Shown here one piece after another: positions 50,302 to 63,658 of a stretch of DNA of 64,000 nucleotides. Under the pieces are notes generated by a model. That model made no database searches and was not told the DNA's origin. It worked only from the letters and a program-made list of their open reading frames with translations. The position numbers and the translations under genes are program-made. The first letter of the stretch is position 1; each line of letters opens with the position of its first letter. Source of the DNA: Octopus vulgaris (lineage: Eukaryota); NCBI GenBank assembly GCA_951406725.2, contig OX597814.1, positions 182,962,001-183,026,000 of the forward strand. The letters are read 5' to 3'.

Positions 50302-51255
50302 GGCGGCGAGCTGACAGAATCGTTAGCACGCCGGACGAAATGCTTAGCGGTATTTTGTCTGCCATTACGTTCTGAGTTCAAATTTGCCTTTCATCCTTTC
50401 GGGGTCGATTAAATAAGTACCAGTTACGCGCTGGGGTCGACATAATCGACTTAATCTGTTTGTCTGTCCTTGTTCGTCCCTTCTGTGTTTAGCCCCTCCT
50501 TGGTAGTAAAGAATTAGGTATTTCGTCTGCCGCTACATTCTGAGTTCAAATTACGCCGAGGTCGACTTTGCCTTTCATCCTTTCGGGGTCAATAAATTAA
50601 GTACCAGCTACGCACTGCGGTCGATATGATCGACTTAATCCATTTGTCTGTCCTTGTTTGTCCTCTCTGTGTTTAGCTCCTTGTGGGTAGTAAAAAATAG
50701 GTATTTCGTCTGCCGCTAGGTTCTGAGTTCAAATTCCGCCGAGGTCGACGTTGCCTTTCATCCTTTCGGAGTCGATTAAATAAGTACCAGTTACGCACTG
50801 GGGTCGATGTAATCGACTTAATCCGTTTGTCTGTCCTTGTTTGTCCTATCTGTGTTTAACCCATTGTGGCTAGTAAAGAAATAGGTATTTCGTCTGTCTT
50901 TACGTTCTCAGTTCAAATTCCGCCGAGGTCGACTTTGCTTTTCATCCTTTCGTGGTCGATTAAATAAGAACCAGTTACGCACTGGGGTCGATATAATCGA
51001 CTTAATCCGTTTGTCTGTCCTTGTTTGCCCTCATAGTGTTTAGTCCCTTGTGAGCAGTAAAGAAATAGAAATAGTTATTTCGTCTGCCGCTACGTTCTGA
51101 GTTCAAATTCCGCCGAGGTCGACTTTGCCTTTCATCCTTTCGGGGTCGATAAATTAAGTACCAGTTACGCACTTGGGTCGATATAATCGACTTAATCGGT
51201 TTGTCTGTCCTTGTTTGTCCCCTCTGTGGGTAGCCCCTTGTGGGCAGTCAAGAAT
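50302..51255 (+). mobile_element. SINE A head-to-tail pentamer
   Basis: One head plus five ~185-bp bodies joined at (A)GGTATTTCGTCTG; imperfect flanking duplication AATTAA..GAAAAAAATGCA.AAA.GCA. Confidence 0.9.
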
Positions 51256-51829
51256 TAAGAAAAAAATGCAGAAACGCACATACATATACGCATATATTTA
51301 CGTAAATATGTATGTATGCAGCATGTATGTATGTATGTATGTATGTATGTATGTATGTATGTATGTATGTATGTATGTATGTATGTATGTATGTATGTAT
51401 GCATTTAATATATATATATATATACACTCACAATGTGACTCTAACTCTACCAAGCAACGCATTGCAAACACAGTAACAAATAACGAAAGAGGGAATGAAA
51501 CAGATACAGAACGATAGATGTTCACAGGAAACTAGATATCTGTTGGTACTGGTGATGATGATGATGATTCTGTGGTATATGGCATGGTGTGTGTGTATGG
51601 GGAGGTGGCGGGAAAGAGGAGCAGAATAAAAAAAGAGGTATCGATTTTTACTTTATTGATTAAAATCTTTGACGTATCACATGTGGCTGAAGCTCTCCTG
51701 TTCCGGTGGTTCGGTTTCCTTCGCTTTGACTTGACATTCTCAAGCAAATTACATTTCCGTTGTAAGAGGAAAATATATACTTATAGGCACACTGACACAT
51801 ATACGTTCACACACATGCATACAAGTTTA

Positions 51830-51873
51830 CAACAAACACACACATACGCGCGCACACACACACACACACACAG

Positions 51874-51906
<33 letters not shown>

Positions 51907-52026
51907 TACGCACATTTACGCGAAAAGGAGAACCACATTCTAAAATACACGCATGCAAATACAGATACATATGCACACTTACACGGTCAGAAACATATAC
52001 AATCATAAATACACACATGCTCACGT

Positions 52027-52122
<96 letters not shown>

Positions 52123-52317
52123 GCACAAACACGCACACACACACATTTCCGCGAAAAAGAGAGCCTGATTCTAAAATATACGCATACAAATACTAAGATA
52201 CATATGCACACTTCCACGGTCAGAAACATGTACACCCATAAATACACACATGCACACGTGCACACACACACACGTACGCACACATACACACACACACACA
52301 AAGCTTACACACGTATG

Positions 52318-52369
<52 letters not shown>

Positions 52370-52370
52370 G
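51830..52370. repeat. tandem duplication of a ~120-bp unit embedded in (CA)n
   Basis: CACATTT.CGCGAAAA.GAGA...CTAAAATA.ACGCAT...AGATACATATGCACACTT.CACGGTCAGAAACAT at about 51910 and 52141. Confidence 0.8.
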
Positions 52371-52516
52371 CTTACGCATGTATGCACATATACACACACA
52401 GTTGCCTATTCAATTTCGTAGCAATATACTGTTTCCTTTCATTTTATTTCGTTGTCTTTAATATTGCCTCTGCTTCTTCTATCCGTGTTTATAATGTTTG
52501 CGATCTCTCTCCCCCA

Positions 52517-52551
<35 letters not shown>

Positions 52552-53029
52552 GTCTGTCTTTACGTATATATATATATATGTATGTATGTCTGCATATACG
52601 TGTATGTACATATATGTGTACATATATATATATATATATAATTATATGCACATTCACATATACACATGTATATAAATGTACATATGCACACATATATTTA
52701 GATGTATATAATATATCTATATGTATGTGTATTTGTGTGTATATATGTCAGTCACACTCAGCTATTTTAAGTTTTCAAACTTTCTTTCGAGACTGACTTA
52801 TCTGTTATTTTCTCTATTCTTTCTGTACGGGATTTTTGGCCGTATGTTAACACGAACGTTTCGCTCCACAAGTACGTTTCTGTCCCTTTGTATTCAATCT
52901 TTCGCGGTCAACTGATATTTGTAGTAAGACTTCACAGAAAACTGTCTCTTCTAACACCAGCAGAAGAAAGTACAGTGACAAAGTATCTAGATACGCCTGA
53001 AGCTTCACTGTAACATAAGTATATATTAG

Positions 53030-53420
53030 CGGTACCAAAAAGAAAGTTGCATTCCATACAATGAGTTCAGATCAACATTAAACATATCGTAAAAATATTT
53101 GTTCATTGAAAATATAATCGCCATCGTCAGAAATAACATTTTCTCAGCTCGAAACCAGTTTTCTGATTTCTCGGCCAAAACAAAATTAGGTTCTTTAGAA
53201 GAGAAAGATGTTTTGGTTGCCGTTTCGACATCGTCCGTGCTTCTGAATGTTTTTTCCACTGATAAAGTATTCAAGTCACCCGAATAAGTGAAAATATTAT
53301 GGTGCTAGGGTTTGGTGAGCAAGGAGGGTGAGGTAGAGCTTCCCAGCTCAATGAATTTATATTTTCTAGGGTTATCTTGGTGAACGTGTTGCTTTATTCT
53401 TGCTTTATACTCATGAAGGA
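53030..53420 (-). mobile_element. degenerate mariner transposase C-terminal fragment
   Basis: WEALPHPPCSP, KTFRSTDDVETATKTSFSSK...DGDY. Confidence 0.65.
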
Positions 53421-53852
53421 CTCAATTCCCTTCTCTATATACTTTCTTAATAATTTTGAGATGATCTTGCACAATGAACCAAAGTGTATTAAACCTCTAG
53501 GATAATCCTATAATACTTTGATGCAGATCCTTTTCAACAGTAGTAAAAGACACTTGCTTGAGGTGCTGTGCAGTGGGACTGAACCCGGAGCCACGTTGTT
53601 GTCTACTGAACTTCTTTATTTCATAGCCACACCTGCGAGTATATGTATATTTTATATTTTGTTATGTTTATGCTTAAATATGTTCGACTGAAACTTTTAA
53701 GTTGGTACTCCAGCATGGCCGCAGTCCAATGACTGAAACAAAAGATAATCTAAGTCACATTTGATCTGTAATTGTGTATGTGTGTGTGTGTGTGTGTGCG
53801 TGTGCGCTCGCGCTTGAGATGATATATATGCTTGAGTATGTCTGCTTATATA

Positions 53853-54374
53853 TTGGGTTGTCCGGAAAGTTCGTGCCGATTTATAGTAGCTTACCTTCCG
53901 ACTTATTTTAGAACATGGTTGAGTCCATAAAATAGGGTTTGACTACACCTCCATTTAGAACACAGTTTAAGCTATCTTTTCGTGGAAGAAGGTTTATGTT
54001 CCTATAATCTGTGTTAATTCTGTAACCCTTTAAAATGGAAGATAAGAAAGTTCCTTTTCGGCACTTGATACTTTTCTTTTTCCGTAAAGGAAAAAAATGC
54101 CTCACAAGCAACCAAAGAAATATGCGCAGTTTACGGTGATGTTTCTTTATCCGAAAGAACTATACGGAAGTGGTTCGCAATGTTCCGACCTGGATATTGT
54201 AGCCTTATTGATAAAGAGCCATCAGGCAGACCATCCACTACAGATGATGACCAAATCAAGTCATTAATTGAGAATAACCCTCATTGCACAAGGAATTGAA
54301 ATTTTTACCATTAAGACTATTCTGCAGAGAAGGGAAGCTACTATAAATCGGTACGAACTTTCCGGACAACCCAA
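53853..54374 (+). mobile_element. rearranged mariner (same family as 27934-28497)
   Basis: TA-flanked TIRs; N-terminal HTH (KEICAVYG...RTIRKWF..FR...SGRP); right end is an inverted left end. Confidence 0.9.
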
Positions 54375-54387
54375 TATATATATATAT

Positions 54388-54590
54388 AGGGAGAGTTTAC
54401 GAAAAAAACAAAAAGAGGAAGACAGGTGGTGTACAAAAAAAAAGTTGTATTAATATAACGCTGAGGAATAGAAAATGTCTTTTACGTTTCGAGCCTACGC
54501 TCTTCTATAGAAAGGGACACAGAAAAAACAAGGAGAGAAACAAGGAGAGAAAAATAATGTATGCAGTGGCTAACGATCTATCATGGCGAC
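54388..54590 (-). mobile_element. short TA-flanked element with degenerate hammerhead motif (related fragment 55815-55903)
   Basis: Minus strand CTTT-CTATAGA-A-GAGC-GTAG-GCTC-GAAAC-GTA-AAAG at 54479-54514. Confidence 0.6.
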
Positions 54591-55549
54591 TGATATATAT
54601 ATATATATAGCACTATACGTAAGATGTATTTTATGTTGATATAATGTATGAGTCTGTATTGTGGTAATACACATATATGTATGTATGCATGTAGGTATGT
54701 GTTTGTGTGTGTATGTGAGTGTGTATTTTTACAGATATATGCTTTACACAAACACTCACATACACCCGTACATTTAAAATGCTACACTTCGTTAAACGCC
54801 AGAGGTGTAGAATATATTATTTATTTAAACTGAATTATTATTTTCGGCGACTCGCTTTTCCTGTCACACTGATTATTATTAATCAGGCGACTGACTTCGG
54901 ATAACTCGAGTTAAGTTTCATATACAATTCAAGCAGGTTCATTCCTCTGTATGTGCATATCGGTTTTCATCGGCCAGCCATAGACCATTATCTTTTCAGG
55001 GCGTTGTCTTTTTGATTATTAGAGCCGGTATTGACAGATGTGAAACGTTTGTTATTTCTCTCTTGTTCTGGTGTCGGCTCGTATCCGCCTTCAGTAAATT
55101 GTTATCCTGTTGACGCTGACTAAGTCTGGTGTCTCCAATTATAATTTTATTGATCTCTTATTATGCCGTTGTTTTTAGCAGCCAGTTTGTTTGATATTTA
55201 GTTTTCGTGGTGAGTGTGGCGTCTTGTCTGTCATTCAATCAATTGTCGTAGCACCTCTGCCGCCATCTCTACTGTTATTGCGTTACGACGTGTTTTACAT
55301 ATCTCGGTAATTGGACTGCGGCCATGAAGGAGCACCAGCTTGGAGAGTTTAGTCGAACAAATCGACCACAGAGTTTATTAATTTTTAAAGTCCGGTACTT
55401 ATCCTTTCGGTCTTTTTTGGCCAGTCCGTTAGGTTACGGTGACATGTACAAACTAACACCGGTTGTCAAGCGACGATGAGGGGCAAACACAGACATAAAG
55501 AAGCACACTTATGCATGAACACGCGTAGGTGTGTGTTTATATATATATA

Positions 55550-55761
55550 ATTCAAAATGTGACCGCGTGTGTACCGTTGGCGATTTTTTTTCCTCCGTCT
55601 TCCCTTCTTTGGATCTTTCCTTTTCCTATGTTTCTGACGAAGAGCTCCGCTCGAAACGTTAAACCCTCCTTCTTTCCTTCTTTCCTGAGCGTCCAATAAC
55701 ATTATACTTGTTCCACGTCCTCGCGTTGTTGTGTTTTCTCTTTGTGTTTTCATGTTTGGAT

Positions 55762-55766
<5 letters not shown>
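55550..55766 (+). mobile_element. ~215-bp hammerhead-containing element (copy of 25058-25273)
   Basis: Same boundaries and near identity; flanked by (TA)n. Confidence 0.85.
55630..55664 (+). ncRNA. minimal type-I hammerhead ribozyme motif
   Basis: GTTT-CTGACGA-A-GAGC-TCC-GCTC-GAAAC-GTT-AAAC. Confidence 0.8.
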
Positions 55767-55818
<52 letters not shown>

Positions 55819-55908
55819 CAAATTTACAGAAAACAAAAGACGAAGAAAGGTGAAGGAACAACAAGCAGGTGTATTGACGTTTCGAGCCTACGCTCTCCGA
55901 CAGATCTG

Positions 55909-55992
<84 letters not shown>

Positions 55993-57048
55993 GTGGAGGG
56001 GAGGTACGACGACGAGCTCCGGGCGAACCTGGACGTCGACGAGGAGTACCTGACCCGCCTGTTCGGGACGACTTTCGGGCAAGGGCCCATGGACAACTTC
56101 CAGAGATCCCTAGCCTGGCAGTGCTACCGAGAAGCGCTACCCCTTCGGGATAAGCTCTACAGACACAGCTCGAGAAACACGGGCCGACCTGCCCGAGATG
56201 CGGTTAGAGCGACGAAACCGTTCTGTACGCACTCGTGCAGTGTCCAACAATTTCCGACCTGTGGGCTTATGTCGAACAACTGCTGTCACGTGTGGGACGA
56301 GTCGGTTTTTCAGCTGAGTCTATCGTCAATATTGTCACGCCTCCTTCCTTCAAACGGGAAGGAAGAGCTATTTTCATCATCCTTGTGGCTATGGCGAAAG
56401 AATGTATCTGGTGGACGCGTCTGAAAGGATTGGAGACAAACACTTTCCTCTCTGGTCAATCTCTCATCAACTTCTTCAAGTACCACTTGAAAAGGAAAGT
56501 GAGAGTAGAGAGGCAAGTTTTGTCTAGCGAATGTTTTAAAAAAGGATGGGTGAATGTAGCAAGGATGGCACGTATGAATGACGAAGCCACCTTGAGCATA
56601 ATCCTATGAACCCAGAAATTGAAAACAGAGGGTTACCCATTTGCAAACAAATGTGGTAACATATAACAATATTGACCAAGGTTACCGTGGTCTTTTTCGT
56701 AGGCTTTTCTTCCCACGGATAAACCTTACTTGCTTTCCCCTTTACACCATATATCATAACACTGTGATACACGATCCCTATTGATCGTTTTTTTCCCCTT
56801 TTTTCTTCTTTTTTCATTTCTCTTTTCTTTTGTTCCCTTTCCTTTTCTTTTTTTATTATTGTTTTTTTTAATTTTTTATTTTATTTATTTATTTTTTGTT
56901 CTTCTCTTCCCTTTTACGATCCCTCTTGATCGAAAACCTACGCCACCCCCTTTTTTTTGTTTCTTTTGTTTTTTGTTTTTTCCATCCCCCAAAAGAAAAG
57001 CTCTACCTTGTAACTTGTCCCATCTGTGTGCAGCCCTGTGTGGCCAAT
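55993..57048 (+). mobile_element. Tx1/L1-like LINE 3' portion with zf-RVT-like zinc finger, next to (TATC)n
   Basis: LAWQCYREALPLRDKL, then (frameshift) CPRCG...ETV..ALVQCP...LW; T-rich 3' UTR ending TGTGGCCAATA. Confidence 0.8.
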
Positions 57049-57144
57049 ATATCTATCTATATAAGCGACGATGGAGGACAAACACAGACATAGATAGGCA
57101 CGTGTGCGCGCGTATATATATATATATATATATATATATTTCTG

Positions 57145-57362
57145 TAGTTTCAGCTCACAGCTGCGGCCATGCAGATGCACTTGGTGAAGAATGGAGTTTG
57201 ATGTAGCTACCCTCATTTGCACCTCTTGCCGTGAGGTAGGTTCATCTGGGACTCTCGATAGGAAGAGGTTCAGCTTTGATTGAAAAATGTCTACACTTAC
57301 TTTGTGCAGATTCCTTAGGCTCTTTGGGATTATATTAAAAATCTGTAGGCCCCTGAAACCCA
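57145..57362 (-). mobile_element. 3' fragment of the same LINE family as 7261-8716
   Basis: GFRGLQIFNIIPKSLRNLH...FQSKLNLFLSRVPDEPT...ATSNSILHQ. Confidence 0.8.
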
Positions 57363-57572
57363 CATAGATGCATACATACCCACACACCCACGCACACTCA
57401 TCCCCGCGCAACCACATATTTGAAAGCCTTTGTTAAAATTACTTTATACAGATTTTATGTCTAAAGGGGGATTTTAAAAATAATCACTTTTCAAAATCTT
57501 TTATCGGAAAGTCTCTAATCTTTTTGGAAGAAAAGCGAGCGCTTTCGGTTAATCTTTTCAAACACGCGTGCT

Positions 57573-57627
<55 letters not shown>

Positions 57628-57632
<5 letters not shown>

Positions 57633-57783
57633 GATGCGCTTCTTTCATTTTCCATCTACCAAAACCACTCAAAAGACTTTGGTCGGCCCGAGGCTATAGT
57701 AGAAAACACCTGTCCAAGGTGCCTCGCAGTGGGACTGAACCCGGAACCATGTAGTTGAGAAGCTAGCTTCTTACCACACAGCC
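57628..57783 (-). mobile_element. SINE family B 5' half
   Basis: Family match. Confidence 0.75.
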
Positions 57784-58271
57784 ATACTATACATATGTAC
57801 ATGCTCTTGTATGTATATTCTTAGAATGCATTGACTGAATCTGTTAATATAGGAGAGAGGCTTTCCATACTTACTTGTAATTAATACTATCGCATAAAAA
57901 TTTTGCCACGATTATAAATCTGATAAAGAAAAAGATTATTTACTTTGGATAAACCCAGAGGAGTGATCATTTACCAGAGATCCGAGCATAATTCAAAGAA
58001 ATTAAGCTGATAGACAGCATATGGATTAATACTGAATACGGCAATGGATAAAGAAAGAACCGGGGTCAGCTATTGAATATAGCAGAAATTTCGAGATATT
58101 TTTTAATGGACGTTTGAATTGAAATAATATTTGTGTCAATTCTACAAAAAAGGTTACAAGAGATCCATCGATCGGATTGGTTATAGAACGTTAGACGGGG
58201 TACTTAAATATGAATATATCCTACACACACAAACACGTACCTATTTATACACTTGTAGTTCTCTTGTTTAA

Positions 58272-58700
58272 AGGCGGCGAGCTGGCAGAAACGTTAGCAC
58301 GCCGGGTGAAATGCGTAGCCGTATTTCGTCTGCCGCTACGTTCTGAGTTCAAATTCCGCCGAGGTCGACTTTGTCTTTCATCCTTTCGGGGTCGATTAAA
58401 TAAGTACCAGTTACGCACTGGGGTCGATATAATCGACTTAATTCGTTTGTCCTTGTTTGTTCCCTCTATCTTTAGCCCCTTGTGGGCAATAAAGAAATAA
58501 GAAACGTTAGAACGCCGGGTGAAATGCTTAGCAGTATTTTATCTGTCTTTACGTTCTGAATTCAAATTCCGCCCAGATCGACTTTGCCTTTCCTCATTTC
58601 GGGGTCGATAAATTAAGTACCAGTTGCGTACTGGGGTCGATTTAATCGACTGGCCCTCTCCTCTTAAATTTCGGGCCTTGTGCCTACAGTAGAACAGAAT
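58272..58700 (+). mobile_element. SINE A copy followed by an A-related copy sharing a duplicated head segment
   Basis: AGAAACGTTAG.ACGCCGGGTGAAATGC.TAGC.GTATTT occurs at about 58287 and again at about 58500. Confidence 0.85.
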
Positions 58701-59135
58701 ATTATTCTGTTTCGCCATGTTACCATTTCAAATCTTTACCGTTACACACACACATGTACACACACGCGTAGGAATATGCATGAATACGTATATATATGTA
58801 TGCATATATAATGAATATATATATATATTTAGGTATATATATATATATATATGCGCATGTAAGTATGTTCGTAAGTATGTATATATTTATATTTATATGT
58901 ATGTATGTGTATGTAAATTTAATAACCTTAATTACCTTTCCACCTCGCTCCATTTATCTCTACCTGTTCAGTGTACTTTCTTTTCATCTTCACCTTTTCC
59001 TCGCACCTTCTCTCTTTCCAAATACTCTTCCGGAACCTGAATAAACAAGTACACATACACATAGGCGTGCACAGGCTCACACACCCGTACACTGACACAC
59101 ACGTACACCTGCACTCTTCAGCACATATACCACAT

Positions 59136-59171
<36 letters not shown>

Positions 59172-59284
59172 TCTGTGTGAGTGTGTAGACATATTCATAA
59201 ATGCATATAATCACACATATATGTGAGTGTGTGTATGTGCTTACGTATGTGTTTATGCACGCGTGCACACACACACGCATATGT

Positions 59285-59319
<35 letters not shown>

Positions 59320-59638
59320 TGTATCGTCACACATTTACGTACATGCTCTCTCCTTCACGCAAACAGCTGCCATATTTATTTTGCGTTTTAATAAATTGAG
59401 GGATAGTAAGCATTAGCATTAATTTAAAGACGTTTGAATAAATATGAATTTCATGAATTTTTACAATAAATAATTAGTTGAACATAGCAACGTGTAGGCT
59501 TAATGTTTATTCTCATGTATATAATTGTACATAGCTCGACATTAGATATACCATGTCTTGGATATTAGAATATTATGATATACTGCACACTCACACACAC
59601 ACACATATCTCTCTTGTATAGGTACATGTGTGTATGTA

Positions 59639-59722
<84 letters not shown>

Positions 59723-62092
59723 TGTATGTATGTATGTATGTATGTATGTATGTATGTACGCATGTATGTGTGTATATGTTGTTTTTTGCGAGCAGTTGCT
59801 TACGTACTGTTCTTTTGCGTTCTCGGGGTTAATTTTGTCTCCAAACAGCAGCGACTGATTATATTATTATATATAAGCATTATTGACTGTTGCAATACGA
59901 AGAATGCATATCCAACAGCTTTCGAAAATATAAGTTTTTTTTCTCAATATTTCTCGAAGCGGATTTTCGTATTTTATTGTTTTTATATATTTGTGGGTAT
60001 GTGGTGGTGGTGGTGGTGGTGGTAGTAGCAACAGAAGAAAAACAAGAAACAAAATTTTGATTTAGTGAGTGATCATGTAAGAAGGATAGTTACATGTGAT
60101 GTGACGATGAGAGAGGGACTCTTCATAATACGGTTGAAAAGATCTTATTTCATCTAATAACATTGATTCGCCTTGTGAATACGTCATATTTATTGGAAGT
60201 TCGAAAGGGGAAATGAAAGAAAGAACAAAAGGGAGACTTTGGAAAATTTAAAAGAAATAAGGAAACTGGATAAAGCAATGTAGGGTTAAAGATCATTCAT
60301 TGAAACTTATGAAGACTGAAACTTTGTTCAAGAGGAATCAATCATTTTCCGATTGAAAATATAGTAAAAGGAAAAAAAAGCTATGTTAAAAGATAGATAT
60401 CTTTTGTTGAAGCTTTACTCAGACATAAGGCTTAAGTTTTACGGTATATTGGTTGTAAAAGATTATTGATTTTCATGGATTTTGCAGCGGTAAAAGCTGT
60501 GAACGGCCAGCTGTAACTCGTGAATGAGAATGCTTCATGTACCATGTTTTCGCTAATTGTTATAGGTGCCTCTGTAGTCATGAGCATACATAATGACACT
60601 TTTAGTTTTCTAACTCTTGATCCGACGGAACATTCAGGATATGACAATTGGAAGGAGGAAGGGCTGCCTAGCAGCCAGCTGGTACCTATTTACAGCTGAG
60701 TAGACTAGAGCAACGTGAAATGAAATGCCCTACTTAAGGAAACAACGTACCGAGCGGTCCTGGAATTGAACTTTTGACCTTAAGATCATGAGCCAAAAAC
60801 CGTAATCCCTAGGCTAAGTTGTCATAATTTTCCCAGTAGTTGATAAAAACGAGATTCCTATGTGTTAGCTATATCATAATTTATATCCTTAAATATGATG
60901 ATAATGTTTAAATCTCTGAGATCAAATGGCATCTCTTTACGCGTTTAGATTAACAGAAACATATATCAATTAAAAACTTGCTAGACCAGGGTTGTTTGTT
61001 GATTTTAAGAAACGGGATGATTGGTTCTTTTTTTCTGGATGATCAGGTGGCTTAGGTTATGTATTAAGCAATGGACTTTAAGCGTCCAGAGATTACTTGT
61101 TGGCTGTACAGCTCAGAATGTACTTTTAATCGGTTGCTGAAGGCTGTTTCTTCCTATATAGTACCGTCTTTTGATCTGTGAATCATTGATATGATAAGAA
61201 TATTGACTGCTTGAAAAATGTGTTATGTGATGCATGTAAACTGCTTTCACGATTTCAAATGCTTTAGTCTGCCACCAATTGTTCTTTGTCGCACGTATTC
61301 CTTTCTGAAGTTGCAGCCTTTGTTTACTAGCGAATTTTCCTTTTGCACTTATAGTAAATATTATTTTAATAAGCATGAAATACTGCTCTATTTTTGTCAG
61401 TCAACTGGTTAACATTGAGTATTGTTCCCGTTAAGCCAGCCTAGGTATTTCATTGCTATCAAGCCCAAAGACTACTGTCAAGTTGTTGATCTGTCTGTAT
61501 CTAGAGCACATATTTCCTTTCAACATTTCCATAGTGCTTCAAACTGAACAGGGAAATTTTATTACTTAGGCACCATTGAAATTGCTCTGCCTGCTGTCTT
61601 TTCTGGTGACATCGTTTTTGCTGTTGACGTCGCTTTAGAATGAATTGAATTACTATGTTAAATAGTTATGGGTGGCGATCCAGCCAACAATTGTCAGTTC
61701 CTCTCATATGACATCACAGATGCTGCCAGGAACATTTGTATCGGTTTGCTTTTCGGTACAGTATATTATTGAATATAAAGTAAGTTTCTATTAGTTAGGA
61801 ATAAAGTTCCATTTCAGCTAGATCTCTCCATACTCTCCCTTTCCACTGTGCCATTCCCAGTATTCGAATCTTCGTCAACTACCATTGAGGTTATCCAGAA
61901 AAATAATTTTGTCTTGTCTTGATATTTTGGATAGGACTCAGACTTAGCGTATAATTTTTGTTAACAAAGCGATGCATAGGCACTGATTCTGTTGCATATT
62001 TGTTATATCTGTTAGAGGCATCAAGCTATAACCACTGGTTAAAATTGATATTATTTAATTAATTTCTACTCTTATTATTTTATTTCAAATAT

Positions 62093-62546
<454 letters not shown>

Positions 62547-62921
62547 ATCTGTGTTTTCTAGCCAGTTGATTCACTGCTGAATATTATTCATTGCAGTTAC
62601 TTTCTGGCTTAGCGCGCGGGTACGAGGGCGTTTGAATTGAAGTTAAAATACAAGATATTGGAACTCTATATATGCGTATCCTCCCACGGAGATGGGTGGT
62701 TTCCAGTGCCATTGTTGTGTCAGCCCCGATTTCGCTGAGGAGACACAGACAATTATTCAATTGTTCATATCGAAACTTTAAGGAATGGAATTTAATTGCT
62801 ATGTTTATTTCTTTTCATTTGTCTAGCTCGTAAACATCTTGCTAATTTGAGAACACAGATTTCGCGTAGGACGGTTTGACGTCTATTATTAGCATACAAG
62901 GGATCCACTTAGTGGTCTCCC

Positions 62922-62997
<76 letters not shown>

Positions 62998-63036
62998 TGT
63001 ATACATACACTTAATTATACATACATACATACACAC

Positions 63037-63090
<54 letters not shown>

Positions 63091-63091
<1 letters not shown>

Positions 63092-63312
63092 CAAAATGGG
63101 ACAAGAACGCAAAACATCTCCAGACAACTAGGTGATACAAAAAAGGACACCAAAACCAGCCGAAATTGCGAGGATAATCCGGTTCTTGACTGAAGATTAA
63201 AGGCTTCGAATGACCCGTCCGTGCTTTTTGTATCGTCTATCTGGATATTTTGTTGTCCCTTTTTGTATCACCTAGTTGTCCGGATGTTTTGCGTTCTTGT
63301 CCCATTTTTGTA
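63091..63312. mobile_element. TA-flanked element with ~65-bp terminal inverted arms (family of 1665-1915)
   Basis: ACAAAATGGGACAAGAACGCAAAACATC / GATGTTTTGCGTTCTTGTCCCATTTTTGT. Confidence 0.7.
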
Positions 63313-63658
63313 TTATATATATATATATATAATATATATTTATATATTTATATATGTGTGTTTGTGTTGTCTTCACCACCAGTTTGACAACTGGTGTTGG
63401 TTTGTTTACTTAGCAGTTTGGCAAAATAGACCGATAGAATAAGTACTGGGCTTAAAAAACATAAGTACTTGGATCGAATTGTTCGACTAAATCCTTCGAG
63501 GTGGTACCCCAGCATGGCCGCACTCTAATGATTGAAAGAAATAAAAGATAAAAAATGTTACGTGTTCATTGCTTGCTGGATGTATTGATGCTGTTTACGT
63601 TTTGTTTCCTTCTCAATGTTCGATATGTTCACTATTTTGCGTATTCTGATAATCTCTC

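Noticed and set aside
50302-51255. Regular repeat arrays as possible CRISPR
   Set aside because: Units are ~185-bp SINE bodies without unique spacers; eukaryotic context and no cas genes.
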